From positions 11,482 through 75,481 of the forward strand of contig JAWAKK010000003.1 of assembly GCA_038887515.1 (NCBI GenBank): DNA of 64,000 bases. The letters are read 5' to 3'. The position numbers were made by a program, and so were the translations under genes. This stretch comes from Candidatus Nezhaarchaeales archaeon (GTDB lineage Archaea; Thermoproteota; Methanomethylicia; Nezhaarchaeales; WYZ-LMO8). Below the pieces are notes generated by a model, which was given only the letters and a program-made list of their open reading frames with translations, ran no database searches and was not told the origin of the DNA. Shown piece by piece: positions 39,676 through 49,491 of this stretch (within the stretch, counting starts at the first letter, position 1; the number at the start of each line of letters is the position of its first letter).

Positions 39676-39978
39676 TTAAGCCTCTTCGATTAAGCCTCCC
39701 AATAATCCTTTTTGCTTTAACTCTTCAACCTCATCCTTTGTATATCTCCACAACAAGTCGCCCCTATTAGCTTGAAAATTCCAGGGGGCAACTAGAACAT
39801 AGTCTCCTTCCTTGAACCATAACCTCTTCCTTAACTTACCTGGTATCCTACACTGCAAAGTTCTCCCATCGGCCGTCTTTACCTCAACTCTATCATTCCC
39901 TAACAGCTTCTTTATAATGCCCACAACCTCTCCTTCAGCCGGAAGGCGTAACTCTCTCCTTTCCTCTTTCTGTTTCAA
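39676..39978 (-). CDS. eif1a: Translation initiation factor aIF-1A
   Basis: LLGNDR, CRIPGKLRKRLWFKEGD. Confidence 0.95.
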   Translation of the reverse strand: MKQKEERRELRLPAEGEVVGIIKKLLGNDRVEVKTADGRTLQCRIPGKLRKRLWFKEGDYVLVAPWNFQANRGDLLWRYTKDEVEELKQKGLLGGLIEEA

Positions 39979-40013
39979 GGCTATCCAAAGTGAGTAGGCA
40001 GAGGTATCAGCTA

Positions 40014-40781
40014 TTAAGCGTTTCGAAATCTAAGAAGTATTGTTAGCTTTCGGAGAGGTTTACCCCTACTTTTATCCCAACCCGAATCCTTGTAGGACTC
40101 TTTAACCTTAACACCAAAGCTCTTTTTGACGATGTTGGCTATTTTTCGCGCAAGGTCGGTTGAAGGCAGTTTTACGTCCACTCCACCGTCAACTTCTTCC
40201 CATATAGCGCTAGTTCGTATATTGTGCGAGCCGCCAGACCTTTCGACTATGACTCTATTTACGATTGCTTTTATCTGCTCCAGCTCTTTACTACTAAAGC
40301 CCCTCAACTGTATGGTAGCTTCGAAGCTCTTGCCTACCATTTTTAAGCATACAGGACAAATCGAGAAGCGGGGTTTAACCTCTAAGCTCCTCGACTCCTC
40401 TATGGACTCAAGGGATGGGTGAACTTTCTCCCTAAAGTTGATGATTAACGTTATTCGCTCGCCTGAAAGGATCTTGTAGACTTCTTGAGACGTGAGGGTA
40501 AGTGATGTTTCTAATTTACACGCTCTTTCGACCTCGCTTTTTATGACGTATATGAACTTTTCGATAACTTCCTCTTCAGACGACAAGTCGAGCGGTAGCC
40601 ATAGACCCTTAAACTTTACAGAAAGACACTTCCTGCACAACGTCAAAGACACTTCACGTAAAGATATGTCCGCCTTGTATACCTCCAAGTAGCATCTAGA
40701 GCATAGGTTTCTCAACTTTGCAGTCTCGAAGAAACCTATTTTGGCACCGCATCTCGCGCAAAACCTTTCCAAGAAGCTCAT
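40014..40781 (-). CDS. NMD3-family protein
   Basis: FCARCG, LCSRCY, CRKC, ICPVC, FEATIQLRG. Confidence 0.85.
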   Translation of the reverse strand: MSFLERFCARCGAKIGFFETAKLRNLCSRCYLEVYKADISLREVSLTLCRKCLSVKFKGLWLPLDLSSEEEVIEKFIYVIKSEVERACKLETSLTLTSQEVYKILSGERITLIINFREKVHPSLESIEESRSLEVKPRFSICPVCLKMVGKSFEATIQLRGFSSKELEQIKAIVNRVIVERSGGSHNIRTSAIWEEVDGGVDVKLPSTDLARKIANIVKKSFGVKVKESYKDSGWDKSRGKPLRKLTILLRFRNA

Positions 40782-40796
40782 ACCACCGTAAAATTG

Positions 40797-41123
40797 TCAT
40801 ACTATCTTTATCATTTGGGCATGCGGGATAGAGGCTACTACTACGACCGCATCTTTATGCACTAGCTTGCACCTAATAGCATACTTAACGCTGTTCTTAC
40901 CTAGAAAGTTAGCTATGGAAGCCCTCTTAGCTATCTTCATAGCCTCCTTGACGTCCATCTTCTCTCCTCCGTAAAACCTTTCACTGACCTCTATTTTTAC
41001 AGCTCCTTCCGAAAAGGTCTTACCTAGGAGGTCCTCATCACATATTGCTACAATCAAATCTTTCCCGTGCTGATGGACCTTTACGTACACCTCTATTCCC
41101 GAGTCTGGGTTAGAAGCTGACAA
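40797..41123 (-). CDS. DUF424 family protein
   Basis: AICDEDLLGK, FYGG, IPHAQ. Confidence 0.88.
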   Translation of the reverse strand: MSASNPDSGIEVYVKVHQHGKDLIVAICDEDLLGKTFSEGAVKIEVSERFYGGEKMDVKEAMKIAKRASIANFLGKNSVKYAIRCKLVHKDAVVVVASIPHAQMIKIV

Positions 41124-41124
41124 A

Positions 41125-41556
41125 TTAAGTCCCTCTTGCAGGGCTTATGGCACCGCAAGCGCTACACTGTATCATTAGAACTCTGCCTTCCTTGCGCAGT
41201 ATCGTATCGACTCCCTTACATACTGGGCATATTATATAGAGCTTAGTGTATATCTCTATTAAACCGTCTATCTTGTCCTTGGTAAACCTACCGTGTAGGA
41301 CTGCCCTAGTATCTTCAATTGTACCTGCTGTTCCTAGCTCATGGAGTAAGAAGTTAAAGAATTGCTCCGGTTGCCTGTTCAAGGTTGAAACAATTTCCTT
41401 AAAGTTTTGTATTATAGTTCGGTTGCCCATAACAATTATTTTAGCTTCAGGTATCTGGAAGCGCCCGCCAGTCGAAGGCTTTGTTGGAACTTGGCTTAGA
41501 GCCCTCTCAAGTAATATCAAGTACTCCCTGAACTTATCGTCGTTAGTCCCAGACAT
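41125..41556 (-). CDS. eif2b: Translation initiation factor aIF-2 beta
   Basis: TIIQNF, ELGTAG, CPVCKGVDT, CSACGA. Confidence 0.95.
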   Translation of the reverse strand: MSGTNDDKFREYLILLERALSQVPTKPSTGGRFQIPEAKIIVMGNRTIIQNFKEIVSTLNRQPEQFFNFLLHELGTAGTIEDTRAVLHGRFTKDKIDGLIEIYTKLYIICPVCKGVDTILRKEGRVLMIQCSACGAISPARGT

Positions 41557-41617
41557 TACTACTCTCCCCTAGTCCTCTGATTTAATTGCTGGATCAGAAC
41601 TATAATATTTGTCAGGG

Positions 41618-42919
41618 CTAAGTCCCCACCTTCCAACTTTCAAGATAAGTCTTTTGCTCTTCTGTGAGGACGTCAATCTTGATGCCCATAGATTTCAGCT
41701 TTAGCTTAGCCACTTCGATATCTATTTCCTTGGGAACTGGGTACACGCAAGGAGCTAGGTCCTTGCCCCTCTTTGCTAAGTATTCTACTGAAAGCGCTTG
41801 ATTCGCGAAAGACATGTCCATAACCTCGCTTGGGTGGCCCTCCGCTGCAACAAGGTTCACAAGCCTACCTTCAGCTAGAAGGTATAACTTCTTACCATTA
41901 ACTAAGACATGTTCCACCACATTAGGCCTTATCTCCTTCTTCTCCCTCGTTATCGCTTCAAGGTCATTCAGGTTTATCTCGACATTAAAGTGCCCGCTAT
42001 TAGCTAGTATCGCTCCATCTTTCATCTTGAGCATATGCTCTCCCCTTATGACGTTGGCGTCTCCCGTTACGGTTATGAAGATGTCTCCATGCTTGCAGGC
42101 CTCTGACATAGGCATAACGGTGAAACCGTCCATTACGGCTTCTAGGGCTTTTACGGGGTCTACCTCTGTAACGATAACGTGAGCCCCCATGCCTCGAGCC
42201 CTCATGGCTACACCTTTTCCACACCAACCGTATCCAGCTACTACGACAACTTTCCCAGCCATTAAAACGTTGGTCGCCCTAAGTACACCATCGATAGTAC
42301 TTTGACCTGTACCGTACCTGTTGTCAAAGAGGAACTTCGTGTACGCGTCGTTGACTGCTACTATCGGATAAAGTAATTTACCTTCTCGCATGAGAGCTCT
42401 CAACCTCATAACTCCAGTCGTTGTTTCCTCCGTCCCCCCTATGACTTTGAACTTGGGTGCATGGCCGAGAACCCTCTTTACTACTTCAATTTCTTTCGAC
42501 GTTTCTCCAAGGCTTAGCTTGTGAATCGTTGAAACCAAGTCAGCACCGTCGTCAATAGTTAGGTCGGGGTCCTTCGATAGAACGCTCCCTATAGCTTCAT
42601 AGTAGCCTTCAAAGTCCATGCCTCTCCAAGCATAGACACTCACTCCTATCGATGCTAGGTAGGCCGCTACTTCATCCTGCGTTGATAGCGGGTTGGATGC
42701 GCAGAGAGCAACCTTCGCTCCACCTTCAAGTAAAGTTTCGACAAGTATAGCCGTCTCTTTAGTTACATGTAAGCAAGCCCCTACAGTCAAGCCTTCTAGA
42801 GGTCTCTCTCGCCCAAACCGTCTCCTTATCTCTGCTAGAACTGGCATATGGTCTCTAGCCCACTCGACAAGAAGAGCCCCTTTATCTGCGAGAGAGGGAT
42901 CCTTTACTCTGAAGGACAT
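41618..42919 (-). CDS. ahcY: Adenosylhomocysteinase
   Basis: [39 protein letters not shown]. Confidence 0.97.
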   Translation of the reverse strand: MSFRVKDPSLADKGALLVEWARDHMPVLAEIRRRFGRERPLEGLTVGACLHVTKETAILVETLLEGGAKVALCASNPLSTQDEVAAYLASIGVSVYAWRGMDFEGYYEAIGSVLSKDPDLTIDDGADLVSTIHKLSLGETSKEIEVVKRVLGHAPKFKVIGGTEETTTGVMRLRALMREGKLLYPIVAVNDAYTKFLFDNRYGTGQSTIDGVLRATNVLMAGKVVVVAGYGWCGKGVAMRARGMGAHVIVTEVDPVKALEAVMDGFTVMPMSEACKHGDIFITVTGDANVIRGEHMLKMKDGAILANSGHFNVEINLNDLEAITREKKEIRPNVVEHVLVNGKKLYLLAEGRLVNLVAAEGHPSEVMDMSFANQALSVEYLAKRGKDLAPCVYPVPKEIDIEVAKLKLKSMGIKIDVLTEEQKTYLESWKVGT

Positions 42920-43713
42920 TACACCAAGGCCTCCTTAAGAGCTTCGCCACACTTACAAGTCCGTTCAGCAGGTATTCGAGGTATTAACTCTACCAAAAGC
43001 TTCTTGGCTTTATCTACGTTCTCGGCCATAACCTTCGAGACCTCTTCAGCTGTAACGTGTTTAGGTGCCCAAACATCATAGTCTGTAACCAAGGTTATCG
43101 CTAAGTAGCATAGCTCTGCTTCTCGCGCGAGATTGACCTCCGGTACTAACGTCATTCCTATGACGTCAGCACCCCAGCTTTTAAATAGTCGCGACTCAGC
43201 CCTTGTAGAGAATCGAGGGCCTTCGATACATATGTAGGTCCCCTTCTCATGGAAGCTAAATTTTAGGTCTCGTAGAACGTTAATCGCTATCTCTCTTAAC
43301 TGAGGGCAGAAGGGGTCAGCGAGAGATACGTGGCATACAAGACCACCATCGTAGAAAGTGTAGCTTCTACCCTTTGTATTGTCTATGAATTGGTCTATCA
43401 CTACTATGTCGCCGGGCGCGTAATCCTCCCTTAGACTGCCAACAGCTGATACCGCTATAATCCTCTTCGCTCCAAGCTCTTTAAGCGCCCATATGTTCGC
43501 TCTGTAATTTATCTTGTGAGGAGGAATCTTATGCCCCCTTCCATGCCTTGGGATGAAGGCTATCTTCTTACCTCTAAATTCGCTGAGAAATACGGAATCT
43601 GATGTTGGACCATACGGCGTGTAGACCTTGACTTCTTGAGGTGATCCGAACATGAGGGGATCGTAAAGACCAGAACCTCCTATAATACCTATTTCAGCAT
43701 TCCCTTCGAACAT
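42919..43713 (-). CDS. mtnP: 5'-methylthioadenosine phosphorylase (start ATG 43713)
   Basis: [28 protein letters not shown]. Confidence 0.93.
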   Translation of the reverse strand: MFEGNAEIGIIGGSGLYDPLMFGSPQEVKVYTPYGPTSDSVFLSEFRGKKIAFIPRHGRGHKIPPHKINYRANIWALKELGAKRIIAVSAVGSLREDYAPGDIVVIDQFIDNTKGRSYTFYDGGLVCHVSLADPFCPQLREIAINVLRDLKFSFHEKGTYICIEGPRFSTRAESRLFKSWGADVIGMTLVPEVNLAREAELCYLAITLVTDYDVWAPKHVTAEEVSKVMAENVDKAKKLLVELIPRIPAERTCKCGEALKEALV

Positions 43714-43819
43714 ATCAACCACTACACAACGTTTAGAGCTCGACTTAAAATCGCTTACGCATTTAAAAACGCTAAAACAAATAAGTCTTGAATTTAAGAA
43801 AAAATAGCGGGGTTGAAGT

Positions 43820-44488
43820 TTGCCGCAGAAAATGAAGGTCAAGGTGGTCACTTGGTTTGACGTTGTTGGCTGGTGTAAAGAGCTATCTAGGAAGATTAGA
43901 AGTAGCGGGTTTAAGCCAGACATAATTGTAGCTATAGCAAGAGGAGGGTTCGCTCCAGCAAGGCTTCTATGCGATTACCTTGACGTTGTAGATTTACTTA
44001 GTATAAAGGTTGAGCACTGGATAGAGACTGGGAAGCACAAAGAGGAAGCCACGATAAAGTATCCCTTCAACTACGACCTTAGAGGCAAGAAGGTGCTACT
44101 AGTCGATGATATAGCTGACACGGGTAAGAGCATCATAGCAGCCAAGAAGCACATAATGGAAGTATGCAGGCCATCCGAATTAAGAGTTGCAGCTATGCAA
44201 CTTATACCGACTACATCAGCTATAGTCCCTGATTATTATGTCGATGAAGTCAAGGAGTGGACGTGGTACATGTATCCATGGAATTACACCGAAGACATGG
44301 TCAACTTAACTATGAGAATAGCGAAAGAGGAACCAAAAGAAGAGTGGAAACCCGAAACCTTAGCGTTAAAGTTCAAGGAGTGGTACGGAGCCGAGCTCCC
44401 TCTTGATGCATTTAGAGAAGTGCTTGAAGAGATGGTAATCAGGGGGAAGATGATAAAGACTAGCAATGAAGGCTTTAAGGTTGTATGA
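43820..44488 (+). CDS. Purine phosphoribosyltransferase family
   Basis: [21 protein letters not shown]. Confidence 0.88.
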   Translation: MPQKMKVKVVTWFDVVGWCKELSRKIRSSGFKPDIIVAIARGGFAPARLLCDYLDVVDLLSIKVEHWIETGKHKEEATIKYPFNYDLRGKKVLLVDDIADTGKSIIAAKKHIMEVCRPSELRVAAMQLIPTTSAIVPDYYVDEVKEWTWYMYPWNYTEDMVNLTMRIAKEEPKEEWKPETLALKFKEWYGAELPLDAFREVLEEMVIRGKMIKTSNEGFKVV

Positions 44489-44525
44489 CGTAGAGAGCCA
44501 TAATTCTATGCTACGCTGAGGCAGA

Positions 44526-45422
44526 TTAATTATGGCGTTGATTACAAGTCTTGAAGTATAGGTCCCTTCTATGAGCCTCCAACATTTCTATTGGCTTGCC
44601 TTCATACTCCGCTGCCGAAAGAACCTCTACGCCCTTATCCTCGGACTCCTTGAACACTTCTTCAACCTTCTTTTTATAGTCCAAGTCCCTCATTAAGTGG
44701 TGTTCGAGTATCATAATCTTTAAAGGCGTTTCGCATATTGCCTTAATTAAGTTACTTATAGACTTCCTTAGATCCTCGTAGGAGTACCGGTAGCCCAACA
44801 TGTACGTCATGGGACCGTCGACTATCAATATATCTGCCCTCTCCCTCAATATTACGTTTAACTGGCTTTCGAGCGATGGACCCTCGACGTCTGACGTGAA
44901 TAGCACTTTCTCATCACCATCACTTACTGAAACCATAACGACGTAGCCCAACTTTGCGTTAGTGCCGTGGGGTACTGGTTCTGAAATCTTTATGATAGTG
45001 GAGCCTACTTTTATTTCCCTTCCGTCAGCGTACTCGTAGGAGCCACCTGATTCGCTTATCTTCGATAAAAAGTAGCTTGCCCTTCTCCTTTGACTAAAAT
45101 TTATGTTTTGAGTTGGATGTTTAACGTAGACTATCTTATTGGCTAGCAAGTTAGCGGCGTTGGGCTCATGATGGTCGTAGTGGTAGTGGGTCACTATTAC
45201 GTGTGTGCAATCCATAAGGTTATCCTCTATGACCTCCCACATTTCATTGAGCCTTTTTATCTCTAATGGGTGGGGCGGAAGACCGTAGCGGTAGGGTGCC
45301 AAAGCTATCCCGGGATCTATCATTAATCTGACATCTCTGGTCTCTACAAGTGTCGCCATCGATCTTACTCCCATGCTATCGTATGCAAGCAACTTTATTT
45401 CCAACGATACATCACCTTGCAC
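44526..45422 (-). CDS. Metallo-beta-lactamase fold hydrolase (UPF0282-like)
   Basis: DSMGVRSMA, THYHYDH, PHG, EHHLMRD. Confidence 0.85.
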   Translation of the reverse strand: MQGDVSLEIKLLAYDSMGVRSMATLVETRDVRLMIDPGIALAPYRYGLPPHPLEIKRLNEMWEVIEDNLMDCTHVIVTHYHYDHHEPNAANLLANKIVYVKHPTQNINFSQRRRASYFLSKISESGGSYEYADGREIKVGSTIIKISEPVPHGTNAKLGYVVMVSVSDGDEKVLFTSDVEGPSLESQLNVILRERADILIVDGPMTYMLGYRYSYEDLRKSISNLIKAICETPLKIMILEHHLMRDLDYKKKVEEVFKESEDKGVEVLSAAEYEGKPIEMLEAHRRDLYFKTCNQRHN

Positions 45423-45590
45423 GGGGGCACGATTGCTTACATCAATATTAAGTAGAGATAGTTGTAGCTTTTAACCCCTATAAAAAGGAAGACCAATTGC
45501 GACCCCCTCACCGTTGCGAACGTCGGAAGGCTAGGGGCATAACGCTTAATAACGTCATATTTCGAAGACACATTAAAGAAGGGGACACTA

Positions 45591-47369
45591 ATGGCTGGCT
45601 GGTGGTGTAAGGTTCTTCGAGTCGATCTAAGTAGAAACAAGGTTTTCGAAGAACGTTTGGAGCTTGACCTTTTAAAGCTGTTCCTTGGCGGTACGGGATT
45701 AGGAGCTTACTGGCTGTACAAGCACTTAAAGCCCGGCGTAGAACCTTTGTCGGAAGAAAATATTGTAGTCCTAGCATCAGGTCCCCTGACTGGAAGCAGA
45801 GTTTATGGGACATCTAGGATCGCTTTAATCTCCAAGTCGCCCCTAACATCAACTTTATTTGATTCTACTTGCGGAGGACTTTTCCCAATGTACTTCAAGA
45901 GATGCGGCTTTGACGCTGTAGTAATATATGGCTCGTCAAGGAAGCCCGTCTACATACATATACAAGATGATAAAGCAGAAGTTTTGTCGGCCCAAGATAT
46001 ATGGGGGATTAAGGTTACGGAGACAATCCAAGAGTTGCGGAAGAGACACGGCTTCAATTGTTCAGCCATAGCTATAGGTCCCGCCGGAGAAAATTTAGTT
46101 AGGATAGCTTCAGTCATGGGGGATAATGGACACGCCTTTGGTAGAGGAGGGCTTGGATCGGTTTTCGGATCTAAGAAGTTGAAGGCAATAGTGGCTAGCG
46201 GAACCAAGCCCATCGAAGAGGCTAAGAGCGAAGAACTAGAGATGCTCCTCGAAAATATGCGCGTTAGAATTACTTGGAATCCTTATCTAGGTAGAACCCT
46301 TAAGAGCATTGGAACTAACGCTCTACTAACAGTGATAAATGAATGGGGTCTCTTGCCCACAATGAACTTCTCGAAAAACATGTTTGAGAAAGCCGATAAG
46401 CTATCTGGCGACGAACTCTTAAAAATGGTGGTCGGCAAGAAGGGGTGCTACAACTGTCCTATATCCTGCAAGAGGGTTACTAAAACCGATAAGATGAGTG
46501 GGGAGGGCCCAGAATATGAAAGCGTAGCTAACCTAGGTAGCATGCTCGGGGTCGACGATTTAAACGACGTTGCCGAAATGAACTATCTATGTAATGAACT
46601 TGGGCTTGACACGATTTCAATGGGTGTTACACTTGCATGTTTCCTAGAGTTGATAGAGAAAGGAAGGATAGAGCTCGATTTAAAGTGGGGCGAGGCTGAT
46701 AAACTGAAGGAATTAATAATCGAGACGGCTTATAGGAGAGGTCACGGAGACGAGATAGCAGAAGGCTCTTTGAGGCTAGCTAAGAAGTATGGAGAAGAAA
46801 AGTTGTCTATGAGTGTGAAGGGGCTAGAAATACCAGCTTACGACCCTAGAGGAGCTTTCGGTATAGCACTTTCATATGCAACATCCTATCGAGGCGCTTG
46901 CCACTTGAGGAGCTGGACAATAGCGTTTGAAATTATAGGCGTACCAAACCTAGTCGACAGGTTCTCTACTTTTGAAAAACCGGCCTTAGTTAAGTACACG
47001 CAAGACTTAGCTTCGGTCTACGACAGCCTAGTTATGTGCAAACACTTCGCCATAGAATTTGACGAAGAACCCCTAAGCGCTATGTTAAGTGCCGTTACAG
47101 GAATCGATTTCCCTAAAGAGGAGCTTTTGAAAGTTGGCGAGAGGATATGGACTGTAGCCAGGCTTTTCAATTTGAGGGAAGGGTTTAGCTGCAAGGATGA
47201 TACGCTACCTGAGAGACTTTTAACACCGTTGGATGGTGGTCCTTTGGCAGGCAAGGTGCCTCCAATTAACGATATGATCAAAGAGTATTACTCGGTAAGA
47301 GGATGGAGCCCTGAAGGGGTCCCCACTAAGGATTGTATAGTCAGGTTAGGCTTAGAAGGGGTCGTATGA
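45591..47369 (+). CDS. aor: Tungsten-type aldehyde:ferredoxin oxidoreductase
   Basis: KSPLT, GRGGLG, CYNCPISC, EYE, LGLDTIS, YDPRG, GACHL. Confidence 0.92.
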   Translation: MAGWWCKVLRVDLSRNKVFEERLELDLLKLFLGGTGLGAYWLYKHLKPGVEPLSEENIVVLASGPLTGSRVYGTSRIALISKSPLTSTLFDSTCGGLFPMYFKRCGFDAVVIYGSSRKPVYIHIQDDKAEVLSAQDIWGIKVTETIQELRKRHGFNCSAIAIGPAGENLVRIASVMGDNGHAFGRGGLGSVFGSKKLKAIVASGTKPIEEAKSEELEMLLENMRVRITWNPYLGRTLKSIGTNALLTVINEWGLLPTMNFSKNMFEKADKLSGDELLKMVVGKKGCYNCPISCKRVTKTDKMSGEGPEYESVANLGSMLGVDDLNDVAEMNYLCNELGLDTISMGVTLACFLELIEKGRIELDLKWGEADKLKELIIETAYRRGHGDEIAEGSLRLAKKYGEEKLSMSVKGLEIPAYDPRGAFGIALSYATSYRGACHLRSWTIAFEIIGVPNLVDRFSTFEKPALVKYTQDLASVYDSLVMCKHFAIEFDEEPLSAMLSAVTGIDFPKEELLKVGERIWTVARLFNLREGFSCKDDTLPERLLTPLDGGPLAGKVPPINDMIKEYYSVRGWSPEGVPTKDCIVRLGLEGVV

Positions 47370-47977
47370 CCTTGTTGAGAAGCATAGATCGTGAGGTCTA
47401 CGAAGTTTTAAGAAGATACGCTTTGAGGATCGCTAAGAGGGGATACGTTACAGCACATGGCGGCAATTTAAGTGTGAGATCTGGAGATTTCATGTGGATA
47501 ACCAGGCATGCTTGTTCTCTTGAGGATCTAAGGAGAGAGGACGTGGTCAGGGTGCCGATAAGTAGACCTTCTAGCCATGACATAATAGCATCTACGGAAA
47601 CCCCGATTCACAGAGAGATATATCGGAGGACCAACAACCTTGTCGTAATGCACGCTCACCCGCCATACTCTGTTGCGATATCCTACTTTATCGATGAACT
47701 GATACCGCTGGATTCAGAAGGCTATCACGTTTTAAGGAAAGTACCGGTTGTCGAAGGTAGGCCCGGCTCTTCGACTTTAGCTAATGAAGTAGCCAACGGC
47801 TTAATGAAGTGTTGGGCAGTAATAGTTAGGGGTCATGGGGTCTTCGCGTCTTCAAAGTTCATAGACCACACCTACCAGATATTGTGCATGGTTGAGCACT
47901 CAGCTAAAATACTATACTTGAAAGCCATGTGCGAAAAGACCCTTGGAATAAAAGCTAGAGCACCCAAGGAATTCTAG
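47366..47977 (+). CDS. Class II aldolase/adducin family (FucA/MtnB-like); start ATG 47366
   Basis: GGNLS, STETPIH, HAHP, RGHG; ATGA overlap with the aor stop. Confidence 0.88.
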   Translation: MTLLRSIDREVYEVLRRYALRIAKRGYVTAHGGNLSVRSGDFMWITRHACSLEDLRREDVVRVPISRPSSHDIIASTETPIHREIYRRTNNLVVMHAHPPYSVAISYFIDELIPLDSEGYHVLRKVPVVEGRPGSSTLANEVANGLMKCWAVIVRGHGVFASSKFIDHTYQILCMVEHSAKILYLKAMCEKTLGIKARAPKEF

Positions 47978-48031
47978 TTTTCACGAACTCCAGTAAAGTT
48001 TTAATGAGGCAGCCATAGTATGCTAATGGAA

Positions 48032-48121
48032 GCCCCGGTAGCTCAGTTAGGCAGAGCGGCGGGCTGTTATCAACGGACAGAGACCCGTAGGTCGGAGGTT
48101 CGAGTCCTCCCCGGGGCGCCA
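48032..48121 (+). tRNA. tRNA-Asn(GTT) with 13-nt intron at 37/38 (48070..48082), CCA encoded
   Basis: GCGGG-CT-GTT-A[intron]A-CCCGT; CUGU/ACAG central helix. Confidence 0.95.
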
Positions 48122-48198
48122 AATTCTAATCCTTAATAGAGAGCGTTAAGTTATGACGTGGACATAGACGGTTAACAACAAATAATGTAGGACTCTAC

Positions 48199-48477
48199 TT
48201 ACGGCCCCCTAAGTTTAACTATGATTTTACGTACTAAGTAAGCGAGGGCAGCAATTACTATTGTAGTTAAAGCTATAGAGCCCGTCCAAACCCAAAAGAG
48301 TAGCGCCCTTGCCAACGCATAGTCGTTTCCAACCATTCTAGCTAAGATGTGTATATTTAGAAATCCTCTATTAACCGTGAATATTAAAGGGGTAGCTGTG
48401 ATGACTCCTATGACTATGGAAAGCAGTATCAAACCTGCACCTGAGAGTAGGGACTTTAGCTTCATGAGGGCTAGCAC
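48199..48477 (-). CDS. Small hypothetical membrane protein
   Basis: Two TM helices; lies between two tRNA genes. Confidence 0.55.
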   Translation of the reverse strand: MLALMKLKSLLSGAGLILLSIVIGVITATPLIFTVNRGFLNIHILARMVGNDYALARALLFWVWTGSIALTTIVIAALAYLVRKIIVKLRGP

Positions 48478-48568
48478 CTTTATGTTAGCTCATGTTGTAT
48501 AAGTACTTAAAGAGTTTGTTGTTAAGTAAAACTTAAGAGCGCCTTTAAAATATTGGTACTCTCGAAGG

Positions 48569-48698
48569 CCCCGGGTAGCTCAGTGGTAGAGCGCTCGGCT
48601 GTAGCTTTGTGCGCGGGTCGAGGGGCGCGTCTCGCCACAATGAAAGCCCGTCGGCCGAGACCGAGTGGTCGCAGGTTCAAATCCTGCCCCGGGGACCA
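48569..48698 (+). tRNA. tRNA-Tyr(GTA) with 55-nt intron at 37/38 (48605..48659), CCA encoded
   Basis: C1:G72 acceptor, CTCGG-CT-GTA-G[intron]A-CCGAG. Confidence 0.92.
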
Positions 48699-48699
48699 T

Positions 48700-49413
48700 T
48701 CACTTCTTAATGCAGTGGAAGACAAGTATCGGAGAGTACGGTATAGGTTTCGAAGCGACTGATAGACCTAGGACTTTAAGCTCGCGATACAGCTTGTCTT
48801 GCCATTTCCTATTTTTACCTCCGAATATGGACAGAGTTCCCGTAGGCTTTAGTATAGATACGAGTTTTTCCAGAAATTTTCTAGAAAAGAGTGCAGGGTT
48901 CTTATTCGGGTTAGGTCCTCCGTCATGAATTATATGGTCGAAGGAATCGTCAATGTAGAGTATCGCTTCCGTTACATCGCATAGGCAAAGCTTTACCACC
49001 GGGTTTGAGAGAGCCTCTTGAAATGCTGCGTAGGGGTTCCTATAAAGGGCTATTGCCAGAATCTCTGGAGATACGTCTATAGTCAGATAGAGTGATGGAG
49101 TTGTAATGGATAATACGGAGTAACACGTCCTACCTAGCCCAGTTCCTATTTCAAGGACTTTAGAACCATGTTTAACTGCTTCAGCCCACGAAATGTACGT
49201 CCCATATATCACTAACCGCGTTACTTCCTTATCTTCCATAGTGTAACCCAGGCCACCGGTCACCTCATCTATTAGGCGCCATAGGCTCTCCTGACTCATC
49301 GATAATACGAGCCCCTTAAACGAAGAAACTATATCTCTACTGATCTTATCGACTTCAGAATACTTCTTTTGCTTCAATAACTCTTTTACTAGGCTCTCCG
49401 AGAAGTAAGTCAT
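48700..49413 (-). CDS. Class I SAM-dependent methyltransferase
   Basis: VLEIGTGLG, FDHIIHDGGP, LKPTG. Confidence 0.82.
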   Translation of the reverse strand: MTYFSESLVKELLKQKKYSEVDKISRDIVSSFKGLVLSMSQESLWRLIDEVTGGLGYTMEDKEVTRLVIYGTYISWAEAVKHGSKVLEIGTGLGRTCYSVLSITTPSLYLTIDVSPEILAIALYRNPYAAFQEALSNPVVKLCLCDVTEAILYIDDSFDHIIHDGGPNPNKNPALFSRKFLEKLVSILKPTGTLSIFGGKNRKWQDKLYRELKVLGLSVASKPIPYSPILVFHCIKK

Positions 49414-49491
49414 ACGTTTTAAATCTAGAGAGAGGACTTAAAGAGGTGCCCCTTTAATAGTTCGAGGTGAGGCTCGAATAGGGGTAATTGC

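Noticed and set aside
42440-42540. Extra residues in AhcY before GGTEETTTG as a possible in-frame intron
   Set aside because: No BHB or GC-rich stem in the DNA; likely a protein-level insertion.
48032-48698. Integrated element between tRNA-Asn and tRNA-Tyr
   Set aside because: No integrase and no att-like duplication of a tRNA end.
48522-48928. ORFs overlapping tRNA-Tyr (similarly 11990..12178 over tRNA-Ala)
   Set aside because: Spurious frames across tRNA genes.
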